DNA of 64,000 nucleotides from a virus, in the IMG/VR virus record IMGVR_UViG_3300045988_114751, positions 1-64,000 of that record; one strand, given 5' to 3'. The translations under genes and the position numbers were made by a program. Below the pieces are notes generated by a model, which was given only the letters and a program-made list of their open reading frames with translations, searched no databases and was not told where the DNA came from. Shown here in pieces: positions 47,551 through 57,440 of the stretch; position 1 is the first letter of the stretch; every line of letters begins with the position of its first letter.

Positions 47551-47874
47551 TTATGCATTATGCATGTACCCATCTCTGTGAATAAACCTTCCCGATTCAA
47601 AACGTTCAATATCTTCAGGGCAAATAGGGCCCGAATCTTCTCTCCTGGCTTCAAACCAAAGCCCTGGCTTGCGAAGTCGGCAAGTTATGATATAATTGAA
47701 GCAATTGTGTGTAAAATGGAAAACAGATCCTACAGGGAAATATCTATCAGCTTGAAATACGATTCTTTTTCGTTTGGTATCAAATGTGATATCTCCTACT
47801 ACCTTAGCCACGTAATAGCTTATGCCATTTAACGTTTCATCTGTTTGTGGTATCCAATAATAACCTCTTGCCAT
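47551..47874 (-). CDS. hypothetical protein (107 aa)
   Basis: ORF track. Confidence 0.5.
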   Translation of the reverse strand: MARGYYWIPQTDETLNGISYYVAKVVGDITFDTKRKRIVFQADRYFPVGSVFHFTHNCFNYIITCRLRKPGLWFEARREDSGPICPEDIERFESGRFIHRDGYMHNA

Positions 47875-47903
47875 GCCACAAATATATAAAAAAGTCGGAT
47901 AAC

Positions 47904-48224
47904 TTACGTACCCGACTTCATTATTTGTTTAAACAGACCAATTCCGTCTATTATAATATGACCGCTTCGCATACGACCATTATTAAGATTGTAAAGGAAA
48001 TTAAAACCACTTTCTTTTTCTTGTCTTTCAAAAGAACTGATGTCCTTTCCTCTACGAGCTCTTTCAAAAGCTTTCTTGAACAACTTGCCTCTAAAGGTCT
48101 TGACGAGGATCTTGGTAGCGTTATTGCCGACTCTTACCATTGTTTTCCTTGCCTGGTCCTCCGAGACAAAACTGCTTCGGAAAATATACGATGCTACTGC
48201 TTGTATATCTTGTTTAGTAATCAT
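47904..48224 (-). CDS. hypothetical protein (106 aa)
   Basis: ORF track. Confidence 0.5.
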   Translation of the reverse strand: MITKQDIQAVASYIFRSSFVSEDQARKTMVRVGNNATKILVKTFRGKLFKKAFERARRGKDISSFERQEKESGFNFLYNLNNGRMRSGHIIIDGIGLFKQIMKSGT

Positions 48225-48574
48225 ATGCCAAACATTCCTTTCAGGATACTGATCTTTATTCCGTATATCAATTTTATTTCATCTCTATCATATACGTCAA
48301 AAAATGATTCACTTGGGTCCTTTGAATCTACATTCAATTGAATTATGAAATTATCAGTATAAACCTTAAGCCTACAATTATCGGAGTATATATCCTGCAT
48401 GGTTTCAAATGTCTTAATTAAATTTTCAACAAGGACTCTGTTAAATGAAGAAGGTTCTTTACCATTACCTCTAAATGTGATATGATTTAAATCCTTGATA
48501 TTGTCAAATTCATACTCTAACTGACTGCCGTTCATCATATCATAAAAGACTGACTTTCTGATTCTAAATCCCAT
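48221..48574 (-). CDS. hypothetical protein (117 aa)
   Basis: ORF track; ATGA overlap. Confidence 0.5.
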   Translation of the reverse strand: MGFRIRKSVFYDMMNGSQLEYEFDNIKDLNHITFRGNGKEPSSFNRVLVENLIKTFETMQDIYSDNCRLKVYTDNFIIQLNVDSKDPSESFFDVYDRDEIKLIYGIKISILKGMFGI

Positions 48575-48590
48575 ATTGTTTTGTTTTTAG

Positions 48591-48896
48591 TTAATATAAA
48601 TCTTCCGAATACAATTGTTCCCTAATGGCATTCCTATCTACTACCATTTCTTGATTATTGTTTCTAACAAGTTCAGACGCTTCCTCTCTTGTTAGAAACC
48701 GGTTCTTGCTTGTCAAAAATCCTTGAATACTACGGCTTTTATGGGCTATGCCGTATGCAGCAAGTTGCGATATTATAGAACAGTGTCTCAATCCACAAAA
48801 TACGGTTCCGGATGGTATATTTATTGGACCGTGAGGCTTATTCTTGTAATCTTTAACCCAGATAGCTGCGCATATAACAATTTCCTTATCACACAT
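48591..48896 (-). CDS. hypothetical protein (101 aa)
   Basis: ORF track. Confidence 0.5.
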   Translation of the reverse strand: MCDKEIVICAAIWVKDYKNKPHGPINIPSGTVFCGLRHCSIISQLAAYGIAHKSRSIQGFLTSKNRFLTREEASELVRNNNQEMVVDRNAIREQLYSEDLY

Positions 48897-48899
48897 AAA

Positions 48900-49175
48900 T
48901 CAATAATTTAAAATACCATTTTTACCAATATGCTTCTTTTCTTCTTCAGTAGGCCATTCTTTCTTGAACTTACCGTGCCACGTTCCAGGAACTACCACCA
49001 CTTCGTCTCCCTTACTATATTCAATAGCGGCACATTCAGAACAAAGAGGCTTGCCTTCATATCCCTTTAGCGACTTATCGTAAATACGATTCTTACAAGG
49101 TCTTATAAGAGCCCAGTAATATGATGTGGCTGTATTATCTATACAGCCACACTTTGAACATACAAACAAACTCAT
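48900..49175 (-). CDS. Zn-ribbon protein (CSKCGC...CSEC), hypothetical
   Basis: ORF track. Confidence 0.5.
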   Translation of the reverse strand: MSLFVCSKCGCIDNTATSYYWALIRPCKNRIYDKSLKGYEGKPLCSECAAIEYSKGDEVVVVPGTWHGKFKKEWPTEEEKKHIGKNGILNY

Positions 49176-49939
49176 CCCGCAATCTCCCAGTCATTAGACA
49201 TAATATCATGTTCGGTTGGATTCCAATTTGATGCTACTTTTTGACCTGTATCTACCATCAATATATTTACGTCAGATTCTGCAATAAACATACAGATATA
49301 CTTTTTACCCCAATCGATTCTTTTTATCTTACGACCTAATTTAAGCTGTTCTAAAGCCTTTTCGAATGTCATGCCATGACGAGGCAGTTTGAGATACTTT
49401 TCAAGTCTGTCGGCGGCTTCATTTGGTGTATGGCCATCATATTCGAAAGCGGTTTCTCTTTCAGGAACATCAAACAAATCCCAGTATTTGCTTTTATAGT
49501 GATTAGATACCTGACCGGTAGGCAGGATCGCCATCACAATAAACCAGTCATCAGAACCGAAGCATTTTTCTCCGTCGCTGTGTCTCCTTGATTTGCAAAC
49601 TTCAACCTGTCCGTTTCTGGCTAATAGATTAAAGAAGGCAGCGTTATACAACATGCGGTACCGATACAATTCATTGAAAGTATGGTATCCGTCAGAAACT
49701 TCTCCCATGTCTCCTGGTTCTGCTTCAGGTTTAGGATGATTAGGATAATAGTAGTCCACTGATGCTTCTAACACAGACTTGATGTGTTCTACTATCCTCG
49801 TAGCATCATCATGTCTTAAGAAATACTTGAATCCTTCAACGAATTTAATATCTTCATTGATTGTTGATTCGAACTCTTCTTTTGTCATCACTCCAATTAC
49901 ATCTTTTTTAAAATCGTCTAATCCCATAATTTGTTTCAA
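49172..49939 (-). CDS. hypothetical protein (255 aa)
   Basis: ORF track. Confidence 0.55.
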   Translation of the reverse strand: MKQIMGLDDFKKDVIGVMTKEEFESTINEDIKFVEGFKYFLRHDDATRIVEHIKSVLEASVDYYYPNHPKPEAEPGDMGEVSDGYHTFNELYRYRMLYNAAFFNLLARNGQVEVCKSRRHSDGEKCFGSDDWFIVMAILPTGQVSNHYKSKYWDLFDVPERETAFEYDGHTPNEAADRLEKYLKLPRHGMTFEKALEQLKLGRKIKRIDWGKKYICMFIAESDVNILMVDTGQKVASNWNPTEHDIMSNDWEIAG

Positions 49940-49950
49940 ATTAATTGTTA

Positions 49951-50583
49951 CTATACTTTCTTTATCCTACAATACAAATCCCATAAGAACTTAGCAGAAA
50001 AAACATCCCATACATTATTCTTCTGCAAAAGATCTACTTTGTTAGCAAACCAAGACCATATGGGACCATCATATGAAGAATCAGATGATTTCCCCAATCC
50101 AATTTTCTCCATTTCATTCGCCACATCAGAATAAGGATCGAGCTCGACTCCCCTAATCATGTTAATAACATCATCCTTATCTAACGTAAATTGAAACTGC
50201 TCCTTATTAGACAGATCTTGATTTATTTTGCCCGTTACAAACCACTCTTTATCATAATATAGCTTAATAAGCTTCTTTACTTTCTTTTCAAGAAAAGGAA
50301 ACTCTTGTATGACTTCCATAAAATTAGATTCGTTGGCTTTGCCTTCTATGAAGATAACAGTTTTGCTTCCAGGTCTATGATCGTCTAAGCTTGCCGGGAT
50401 GCCAAATATCGTCCATCCTTTAAACTCAGCTATCTTAAAACGCATAACGTCAAACACATTATAGAAATCATCACAATCTATAGATTCTATTACCTTAACA
50501 TCCTCTTCCGTAAATTTACCTCGTATTGGAATAACGTGATGACCAGGGCAGCCATCGGTTCCGAAATATGCGATTCTAACCAT
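49951..50583 (-). CDS. hypothetical protein (210 aa)
   Basis: ORF track. Confidence 0.55.
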   Translation of the reverse strand: MVRIAYFGTDGCPGHHVIPIRGKFTEEDVKVIESIDCDDFYNVFDVMRFKIAEFKGWTIFGIPASLDDHRPGSKTVIFIEGKANESNFMEVIQEFPFLEKKVKKLIKLYYDKEWFVTGKINQDLSNKEQFQFTLDKDDVINMIRGVELDPYSDVANEMEKIGLGKSSDSSYDGPIWSWFANKVDLLQKNNVWDVFSAKFLWDLYCRIKKV

Positions 50584-50605
50584 ATTATCTATAATATTTT
50601 AGTTG

Positions 50606-50815
50606 TTATGAAATCCTATATTTACTTACATCATCGCATAAGTTACACCCTCCTGTACATCCACAAACCGAACAATACAAGTCTCTTTCTGCCTTCGATC
50701 TGGATTGGAAATCCCTTACGGCTTTAATCCAGGTAGGAGAAATAATCTTACCGGAAAATACAGGTACATTTAAGATTAATGTTTTCATTATTTTGGCAAA
50801 ATATTCATATAACAC
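50606..50815 (-). CDS. hypothetical Cys-containing protein (69 aa)
   Basis: ORF track. Confidence 0.4.
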   Translation of the reverse strand: MLYEYFAKIMKTLILNVPVFSGKIISPTWIKAVRDFQSRSKAERDLYCSVCGCTGGCNLCDDVSKYRIS

Positions 50816-51003
50816 GGCACATCCACCACATCTCTTCTACGGATGCGCTTATCAAAATAGGAAACCATATAAGTATTTTTACCTTCGTGATCAGGTCTGG
50901 GATCGAAACATTCAAAAACGAATCTTGTTACACCTTCCAAATGACCAAGCATGAAAACAAATTCGCCACCATATCTTTTATTAGCCAATTCTTCTACAGT
51001 CAT
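50788..51003 (-). CDS. hypothetical protein (71 aa)
   Basis: ORF track. Confidence 0.4.
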   Translation of the reverse strand: MTVEELANKRYGGEFVFMLGHLEGVTRFVFECFDPRPDHEGKNTYMVSYFDKRIRRRDVVDVPCYMNILPK

Positions 51004-51260
51004 AACCTATCCCCTCCTAATCCTGAATTGATGCTAACGTACTTAACACGGACATCATTTCCACGTCCAAGCTGTCCCCAGCCGGGCGATGGCGTTCCCT
51101 TTGCCGGAGCAGCGACAGCCCTAAGCCGAGGCCAGTCCTGCTTTTGTCTTATGGCCTCCGCCTCTTTGTAATATTGGTTACACAGCTCTTGATCTTCGTA
51201 CCCAATGTAATCTTCTTTATTTTCCATAGTTGGAAATTTTATAGTAAAACATAATAATTA

Positions 51261-52403
51261 CTACTCCATTATAGACGCTTCATTGAGATTCGTAACCTCA
51301 TCCCTCTGCATCCGATTATAGAGGATATCAACTCCTACCCTCTGTATATTTATTGCAGCATTCAAATCCCTATCTATTTCAATGCCGCAATTTTCACACT
51401 TGAAAACCCTATCTGATAAAGTTAAGTCTTCTTTCTTCCATCCGCATTTGGAACATGTTTTTGATGATGGATAAAACCTGTCTATTACGACAAGTTCTTT
51501 TCCATACCAATTACATTTGTATTCCAACATGCTTCTAAACATTGAGAAACTTGTATCGGATATAGCTTTAGCTAATTTGTGATTCGATAACATTCCAGAA
51601 ACATTTAAATCTTCTATACAAATAACATCATAATTATTTACAAGCGAAGTGGTAACATTATGAAGAAAGTTGTTTCTCTTATTAGCAATCTTGTTATACA
51701 ATCTTGCTATTTTTATTTTATTCTTTCTATGTCTGTTACTTCCTTTATTCTTTCTACTTAAATGTCTTTGTATTTTAGCTATTTCAGATTGTTTCTCTCT
51801 GAAAAACTTGATATTATCAATCACAACTCCATCAGACAATGTAGCAAAAGATTTCAATCCTAAATCTATTCCGACTGATTTACCAGTCTTTCCCTTATTC
51901 GGTATAACAACATCAACAAGAATAGAAACGAAATATTGACCACAGCAATTCATTGATATCGTACATGACAACATCTTTGAATTATCAGGTATATTCCTAT
52001 CAATAGATATCTTAACCCATCCTATTTTCTCTAATCTTATCTTATTGTCTTTTAATGAGAATTTTTGATTAGGTAATCTATAAGATTGGTTTCCAGATTT
52101 CTTTTTAAAAGAAGGTCTGCCTATTTTCTTCTTTCTTGTTTTAGAGAAAAACTGATTGGTAATTTCTTGAAAATCCCTTATCTTTTGTTGTATAGCAGCG
52201 GCAGAGATTTCATTCAACCACGGCTTGTCGATTATTAAATCAGATTTAATAATGATTTTAGGTTTAGGATTACTATCCTTATCATAAGAATTGAAAGATT
52301 CGACATTAGCATTCCAAATTACACGGATACATCCAAAAGTCTTAGAAAGCAACACCTTCTGAGACTTATTAGGATATATTCTGTATTTGAAAGCTTTATG
52401 CAT
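51261..52403 (-). CDS. tnpB: IS200/IS605-family TnpB (OrfB), intact, 380 aa; no tnpA nearby
   Basis: N-terminal FKYRIYPNKSQ...; RuvC-II IEDLNVSGM; zinc finger CSKCG...CENCG; RuvC-III DRDLNAAINI. Confidence 0.85.
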   Translation of the reverse strand: MHKAFKYRIYPNKSQKVLLSKTFGCIRVIWNANVESFNSYDKDSNPKPKIIIKSDLIIDKPWLNEISAAAIQQKIRDFQEITNQFFSKTRKKKIGRPSFKKKSGNQSYRLPNQKFSLKDNKIRLEKIGWVKISIDRNIPDNSKMLSCTISMNCCGQYFVSILVDVVIPNKGKTGKSVGIDLGLKSFATLSDGVVIDNIKFFREKQSEIAKIQRHLSRKNKGSNRHRKNKIKIARLYNKIANKRNNFLHNVTTSLVNNYDVICIEDLNVSGMLSNHKLAKAISDTSFSMFRSMLEYKCNWYGKELVVIDRFYPSSKTCSKCGWKKEDLTLSDRVFKCENCGIEIDRDLNAAINIQRVGVDILYNRMQRDEVTNLNEASIME

Positions 52404-52506
52404 CGTTTAATTATTTAAAGGCAAATATAGTTACAATTCTATGATTATACACGACATTCATGAGTTAATTAGATTTAAAATAAAACAATATAAATTAAAA
52501 TAAAAA

Positions 52507-52530
52507 CCCGATACGTTAAAGTATATCGGG
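52507..52530. other. Hairpin CCCGATA-(10-nt loop)-TATCGGG flanked by an A-run and a T-run, upstream of tnpB copy 2; candidate IS left-end hairpin or bidirectional terminator
   Basis: Direct reading. Confidence 0.35.
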
Positions 52531-52554
52531 TTTGGTATCAAGCATAAAACATAG

Positions 52555-52731
52555 TCAGATCTTAGGCAAAGACTCAAGCCATTTTTTAATGTCTTTATAT
52601 TGAGGATCTTTATCTATTTTGTCTTTCAGATCGTGCAATGCCGTATCTATAACCGTATTTGGCACACCTATTAGTTCTCCTATTATATGCAAAAGAGTCT
52701 TATTCGACTTAGATTCATGCGCTGTATTCAT
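52555..52731 (-). CDS. Possible 58-aa HTH-like small protein (MNTAHESKSNKTLLHIIGELIGVPNTVIDTALHDL...); no SD
   Basis: Hand translation; below the track cutoff; weak. Confidence 0.25.
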   Translation of the reverse strand: MNTAHESKSNKTLLHIIGELIGVPNTVIDTALHDLKDKIDKDPQYKDIKKWLESLPKI

Positions 52732-52897
52732 GTCCGAAAAAAATGCTATAAAAACAAACCGGCCACGGGTATTCTATTGCCCGCCGACCGGTATCATATT
52801 TTTTATTCTTTTTATTCCCTTTCGGGAAAAACGGGAATGCGGGAATCATATTTTTTACTATGGCTCCCGCACCGCCGGAAGGACTTGGGTCTGGATC

Positions 52898-53191
52898 TCA
52901 GGTTAGATCCTTCCAGCTTATTTTTTCGCCGAGGTAATCTTGCACGGCAAGCCATCTTATAAAGGCTACTCCTTCGGGGGCATCCGGATCATTCAAATAC
53001 ATTAACGTAGCTTTCACCAGCTCGTTCTCACATTTGAAGATCTTCGGGAAGCCATCCGAATAGTACATTGCAAAGACATATTGGACATCGCCCCATGTCG
53101 CTTTATCCGGCTTCTTCGCTCCGCACTTTTCAAAAATATCTTTTATCTCCGACTGCTTCCAGATCCTTTTAGATCCATCGACGTTAACCAT
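52898..53191 (-). CDS. hypothetical protein (97 aa)
   Basis: ORF track. Confidence 0.5.
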   Translation of the reverse strand: MVNVDGSKRIWKQSEIKDIFEKCGAKKPDKATWGDVQYVFAMYYSDGFPKIFKCENELVKATLMYLNDPDAPEGVAFIRWLAVQDYLGEKISWKDLT

Positions 53192-53284
53192 TTTCTTAAC
53201 CGCTTCGTCAGCAAGTTCATTAGAGAAATGATAGCCGTAAGTGTCTACATATTTCTGATAAGCTGGATCCTCTGCGTCTGCTCC

Positions 53285-53656
53285 TCAATAAGAACGACCA
53301 CGACCTCTTCCCCTACCTCTACGCATCTGGGGACCATCACCGTAGTATCTGTCGTCTCCATAATAATCGGTCGGGTAAGATTCGTAACCCATCCTCCGGT
53401 ATTCCCGGTCCTCCATTTCATGACGGCGTTCGCGTTCTTCGAGTCTTCTTTCTCTTTCTTCCAACTCGTTTTCGCGTTCTTCCATCTCTTTCATTTTTTC
53501 ATGCATACCATAATGGTCATAAGGAGGAAGGAATCCATGTCCGTAACCCATGTACGTCCCATCAGAACGACGACTACGACCTCTGCCTCGTCTATCTTCT
53601 ATCTCGTCATATCCAGGATATTCTCTTTGCCCTGAATTTAAATCATATACTATCAT
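53285..53656 (-). CDS. Low-complexity protein with an ER-dipeptide coiled-coil and an RGRGRGRGR tail, possibly nucleic-acid binding (123 aa)
   Basis: ORF track; compositional; the opposite-strand ORF 53081-53635 is probably a shadow. Confidence 0.4.
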   Translation of the reverse strand: MIVYDLNSGQREYPGYDEIEDRRGRGRSRRSDGTYMGYGHGFLPPYDHYGMHEKMKEMEERENELEERERRLEERERRHEMEDREYRRMGYESYPTDYYGDDRYYGDGPQMRRGRGRGRGRSY

Positions 53657-53663
53657 ATTATAC

Positions 53664-54152
53664 TTATTTCAAACGTTCTACAATCAACTTCTTTAAATCT
53701 TCAAATGAATCAGTAAGATCATTAACCTTATTTTCTATACCAGCTATTTTACGATCTTGCTCTCTTGTCTGTTTAAATGCTGGGTTAACTTCTTCCAATA
53801 TGGATTCACAAGCTTCGATCTTTGCACGATGAGTATCTACGCTATCTATTATTTCCTGACTGGTGTTTTTTATAGCATTCAATTCATTCATAATAGGATC
53901 TATGCTTGTAGACAATGTTATTCCCATTGCTTTAGCCACATTCTGGGATTCGGGAACTGTATAGGTCTTGGTTTCTCCTGTAAGCTCCACTGTAAGATCC
54001 ACCACGCGCGTCTGCATGGTCTGGTATTGTCCAGGCTGCGGAGGAAGGTATCTTGGTTCCGATACGGCTACCACTCTTCCCAATTCGTATTTAGGTACTG
54101 TATTAGTATCAAGGGTATGTACCTGAAACCCTTTCTTTAAATCTGAAAACAT
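53664..54152 (-). CDS. hypothetical coiled-coil protein (162 aa)
   Basis: ORF track. Confidence 0.5.
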   Translation of the reverse strand: MFSDLKKGFQVHTLDTNTVPKYELGRVVAVSEPRYLPPQPGQYQTMQTRVVDLTVELTGETKTYTVPESQNVAKAMGITLSTSIDPIMNELNAIKNTSQEIIDSVDTHRAKIEACESILEEVNPAFKQTREQDRKIAGIENKVNDLTDSFEDLKKLIVERLK

Positions 54153-54223
54153 GACCGAAATATTTATCTGTTAGAAAAATAGGGTGATAGTCCCTATGAC
54201 CAGGTTTATCACCCTACTAAAAA

Positions 54224-54664
54224 TCATTTGCTTACCTTAGTTTCAGACGCCTGGGCTGCCATAGTTGGAACACAGCAATCCATTAATCTTAACACGCCAC
54301 GAACTTTATTGAAGTACAGAAGGCGTTCTGTGCCATTTACCATAGCAGCACCCGTTACAGCTACGTTAATAGGGTTCACGACATTCACTCCCGTAACCGA
54401 GCAACAGGTGTCGGCTCCTACTGTTGAAACTGTGCTGTTTGCCGGGACCGCAATCTGTACCGGTAGAGCACTTCCGACTGTGGGGACTACTTGCCTTATC
54501 TTAAGAAGGATAAGACCCTCACACGGAAGGGCGATCCAAGCCCGTGGGTTAATACCGAAGATTGTATTTGTCGTACTGACAATAACATTCTTCGTAACCA
54601 TCTCATACAACGATCCTATTTTAGAAACACAAGCCATATTAGCCTCCTTCCTTAATAAAATCAA
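54224..54664 (-). CDS. hypothetical protein (146 aa); ATGA-coupled to the upstream gene
   Basis: ORF track; translational coupling favours the minus strand over the antisense ORF 54228-54884. Confidence 0.5.
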   Translation of the reverse strand: MILLRKEANMACVSKIGSLYEMVTKNVIVSTTNTIFGINPRAWIALPCEGLILLKIRQVVPTVGSALPVQIAVPANSTVSTVGADTCCSVTGVNVVNPINVAVTGAAMVNGTERLLYFNKVRGVLRLMDCCVPTMAAQASETKVSK

Positions 54665-55668
54665 ACAGCAGCGTTGTTATTGCAACATCCGTTGCTACAT
54701 CCACATCCGTTATTGCAGCAACCTCCTCCGAATACCTGTCCCCAAGAATAAGCCTGATAAGGGGAACATGAGGGATAGGCCGGGACTGCTGTCGGACGTA
54801 ATTGACCAACAATATTCTGGGTCTGTTGCTGAGATAATGCTGAAGCTGTCAAAGCCGCCTTTTCTTCACGAAGTTGAGCAATAGTGTTCTGCATTTCCCT
54901 CATTTCCAACTGACAGAATTTATCGTTGATCATAACATTTTGAGCGTCAAGTTTCGCAGACAAAATATTGAATTGGCTTGTAGCTTGTTCACGATTATTT
55001 GTCAATCCTTGATTGATGTTATTCTGAAGAACATTAGTTTGTTCTAAAGTACGCAGTTGATTATCAAAACCTTGCTGAGTTATCATATTCTGAGTCTGGC
55101 ACGTGCTTTGATTAATCAACGAACTCAAATTACAGCAGCAAGAGCTGATTTGATTTCCGATTTCACAACCTTGTTGTTGAACTGCATTAATAACAGCCTG
55201 AGAAGTCATACCTACCTGACCGGCTACTTTATCAATAGCACCTTGTACGTTGCAGATAGCGTTCTGAAGTTGAGTAGTAGAACAGTTCAATGCAGAAGCG
55301 ATCTGATCTATAGCACTGCGATTACCCTGAATTGCCTGCATCAGAAGCTCACGACCATAATCGTTATTCAACTGAGCGGGTAAACCATTGGCGCAACAAT
55401 CACCACCATTTCCAAAACCGTTACCGAAGCCGCGTCCACCCCACAGCCAGAACAAGACAATTATCCAGAGCCACCAACCGTTAGCCCCACCGAAACCGTC
55501 CTGGTTATTACGACCGTTCATTAAAGCCGCTACCAGATTCGGATCCATTTTATTACCACCTATCAAATTAGCAAACATGCCGGGAATCATTGAAAGAAGA
55601 CCGTTAGCGGCTGCACCACCACCGTTAGCCCCAGCTCCATCTAAAAGGACGATTTTATCACCACCCAT
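54661..55668 (-). CDS. Gly/Cys/Gln/Asn-rich protein with one TM helix (WWLWIIVLFWLWGG), Gly-rich termini (GGGCCNNGCGCSNGCCNNN) and a central Q/N-rich coiled-coil; function unknown
   Basis: ORF track; composition read directly. Confidence 0.5.
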   Translation of the reverse strand: MGGDKIVLLDGAGANGGGAAANGLLSMIPGMFANLIGGNKMDPNLVAALMNGRNNQDGFGGANGWWLWIIVLFWLWGGRGFGNGFGNGGDCCANGLPAQLNNDYGRELLMQAIQGNRSAIDQIASALNCSTTQLQNAICNVQGAIDKVAGQVGMTSQAVINAVQQQGCEIGNQISSCCCNLSSLINQSTCQTQNMITQQGFDNQLRTLEQTNVLQNNINQGLTNNREQATSQFNILSAKLDAQNVMINDKFCQLEMREMQNTIAQLREEKAALTASALSQQQTQNIVGQLRPTAVPAYPSCSPYQAYSWGQVFGGGCCNNGCGCSNGCCNNNAAV

Positions 55669-55847
55669 AATTTATAGTATTTAATTGTTAAACATACGTG
55701 CATGAAGCACGTAACAAAGATCATGATTGTAGGGTGGAATACAGGTGTGTTTATTTCCTATAGAAGAGAAATATTTTCAGCAAAAACAGAAACAAAAAAA
55801 ATAGGTAGTGCTTTTTCATTCTTTTAAAACACTACCTGTAAATAAAC

Positions 55848-56732
55848 TTAAGCAAATTTGCCATATTTTAAAAATACATTTTTGAGTTTTCCTTTTATAC
55901 CATTTAAGGTTACTTCATATCCGGCTCCTGTCATATAGATAGTTTGTTGATTGATTCTATCACCAGAATACTTATCTATGAAATAAGATCTATACACTCC
56001 ATACCCTTTAGCTACAACATTACTATATAGCTCCCATTTGCCAAGACCGTTCCTAAACATAAACTTGGCTTCTTCAAGAAATGAACGTAAATTCTTTTCA
56101 GCAATAATAATACCATTTTGCTCTAACTTTTTAGCAATATCACGAATCAGCCACATATTGTTATGGTCTACTTTTCTAAAAGACTCAGCAAATTCTACAT
56201 CGGGCTTGTGTTCTTCTATTGTTTTCAAAGCTTGTTGCTTCTCTGCCTCTGCCTGCGACTTTTCGGCTATAGCTTTTTGAGCAGCTTCATACTGATCAGC
56301 CCAGGCTCTTGCTGCATCTGCCGGATTAGAAAAGTCAGGGACCAAAATTCCCTTTCCACCGGAACTTGTTTTATATTCTCCTGTTTTACGAATAGAAGGA
56401 AGAACCTCAGATGTTACCCATTTCTTAAATCTCTTAGCAGACTCTAATTTTGAAGATAATATAAGAGAATATAAACCAGATTCATTAATTATTCTTATAT
56501 TATCTATGTATCTGGTTTTCAATAGGGATTGATTCACGCCCCATTGATTATTAGATACTTGCAAAATTATAGAATCATCATCATCCACATGTCTTTTTAT
56601 CGCATCTTTAGCATTTACATACCCAAGAGATTTAGCTACATCTGACGCCACAAACCAAACATCCCCTTTTGGGTCTACAATAATTCTAAGCTCTCCAAAA
56701 TCAGAACTTTCAAAAACAGAAACTTTATCCAT
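55848..56732 (-). CDS. Bro-N / KilA-N family antirepressor-like protein
   Basis: N-terminal FGELRIIVDPKGDVWFVASDVAKSLGY Bro-N signature. Confidence 0.65.
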   Translation of the reverse strand: MDKVSVFESSDFGELRIIVDPKGDVWFVASDVAKSLGYVNAKDAIKRHVDDDDSIILQVSNNQWGVNQSLLKTRYIDNIRIINESGLYSLILSSKLESAKRFKKWVTSEVLPSIRKTGEYKTSSGGKGILVPDFSNPADAARAWADQYEAAQKAIAEKSQAEAEKQQALKTIEEHKPDVEFAESFRKVDHNNMWLIRDIAKKLEQNGIIIAEKNLRSFLEEAKFMFRNGLGKWELYSNVVAKGYGVYRSYFIDKYSGDRINQQTIYMTGAGYEVTLNGIKGKLKNVFLKYGKFA

Positions 56733-57020
56733 AATAAAAAAAATAGGCCCAAAAGAGAATGTCAGATCCCACTATGACAAACCCTAATGAGCCAAAAATA
56801 TCTTTCAACATCAAACAACCAGAGGTGGGATCTCGTTGTTCATTGTTTCTGGAACAAAGATAGGAACAGGATTTTAAATATCAAATGTTTTAATACTTTT
56901 TAAAACAAACCAGGACCCGCATCACTGCGGGCCCTGATCTACACTAATCTAAACTAATACCATGAAAAAACTTAAATCTAAAAACTAAAGAATACACAAA
57001 TGTATGAAAATGTACGCTTT

Positions 57021-57218
57021 TCACAAAGAATCCGTATCCTGTTCTTTTGTGTGATTCAAGACATGGGATATAGTTCTGATACTTAATCCGGTTTGATTTC
57101 GTATCAGATTATAAATATAGGATTTTGAAACTACAGTTCTTAATTGACCTAAATCATTCATAATGTCTTTATACATAAGATGAATGCTGTTGTTACGTTT
57201 GATGGTACTGATTCTCAT
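57021..57218 (-). CDS. Small putative DNA-binding protein (65 aa)
   Basis: ORF track; weak HTH-like pattern. Confidence 0.35.
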   Translation of the reverse strand: MRISTIKRNNSIHLMYKDIMNDLGQLRTVVSKSYIYNLIRNQTGLSIRTISHVLNHTKEQDTDSL

Positions 57219-57440
57219 TTCCTACCGTTATTAGTTACGTTCCGTTCTTACTTTTTCCCTTTTTCCATAATCCCTTCCTGAAACTAATATTGCAAACTTA
57301 ATGAAAATAATCCAAAAACAACGAAAGTCTGACTTTTCTTGTATGTTGCTGATATATGTACATATATAAGAAAAGTGAGACTTTCACAAGCCTCACTTCC
57401 CAAATTATAACTATGAAAAAACTATATATATATACAAAAA

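Noticed and set aside
51000-51227. 75-aa minus-strand ORF immediately 3' of tnpB copy 2
   Set aside because: Its second half is encoded by the GC-rich tnpB 3' flank, giving a Gly/Pro/Ala/Arg-rich translation. It is more likely a non-coding guide-RNA scaffold or right-end region than a gene.
53081-53635. Plus-strand 184-aa ORF (Thr/Ser/Phe-rich)
   Set aside because: It is antisense to the ER/RG-repeat gene and low-complexity. The surrounding genes are all minus-strand with tight spacing. It is probably a shadow ORF, although the strand assignment here is uncertain.
54228-55684. Plus-strand ORFs 54228-54884, 55057-55383 and 55388-55684
   Set aside because: They are antisense to the ATGA-coupled minus-strand genes, and their translations are Pro/Thr/Leu low-complexity.
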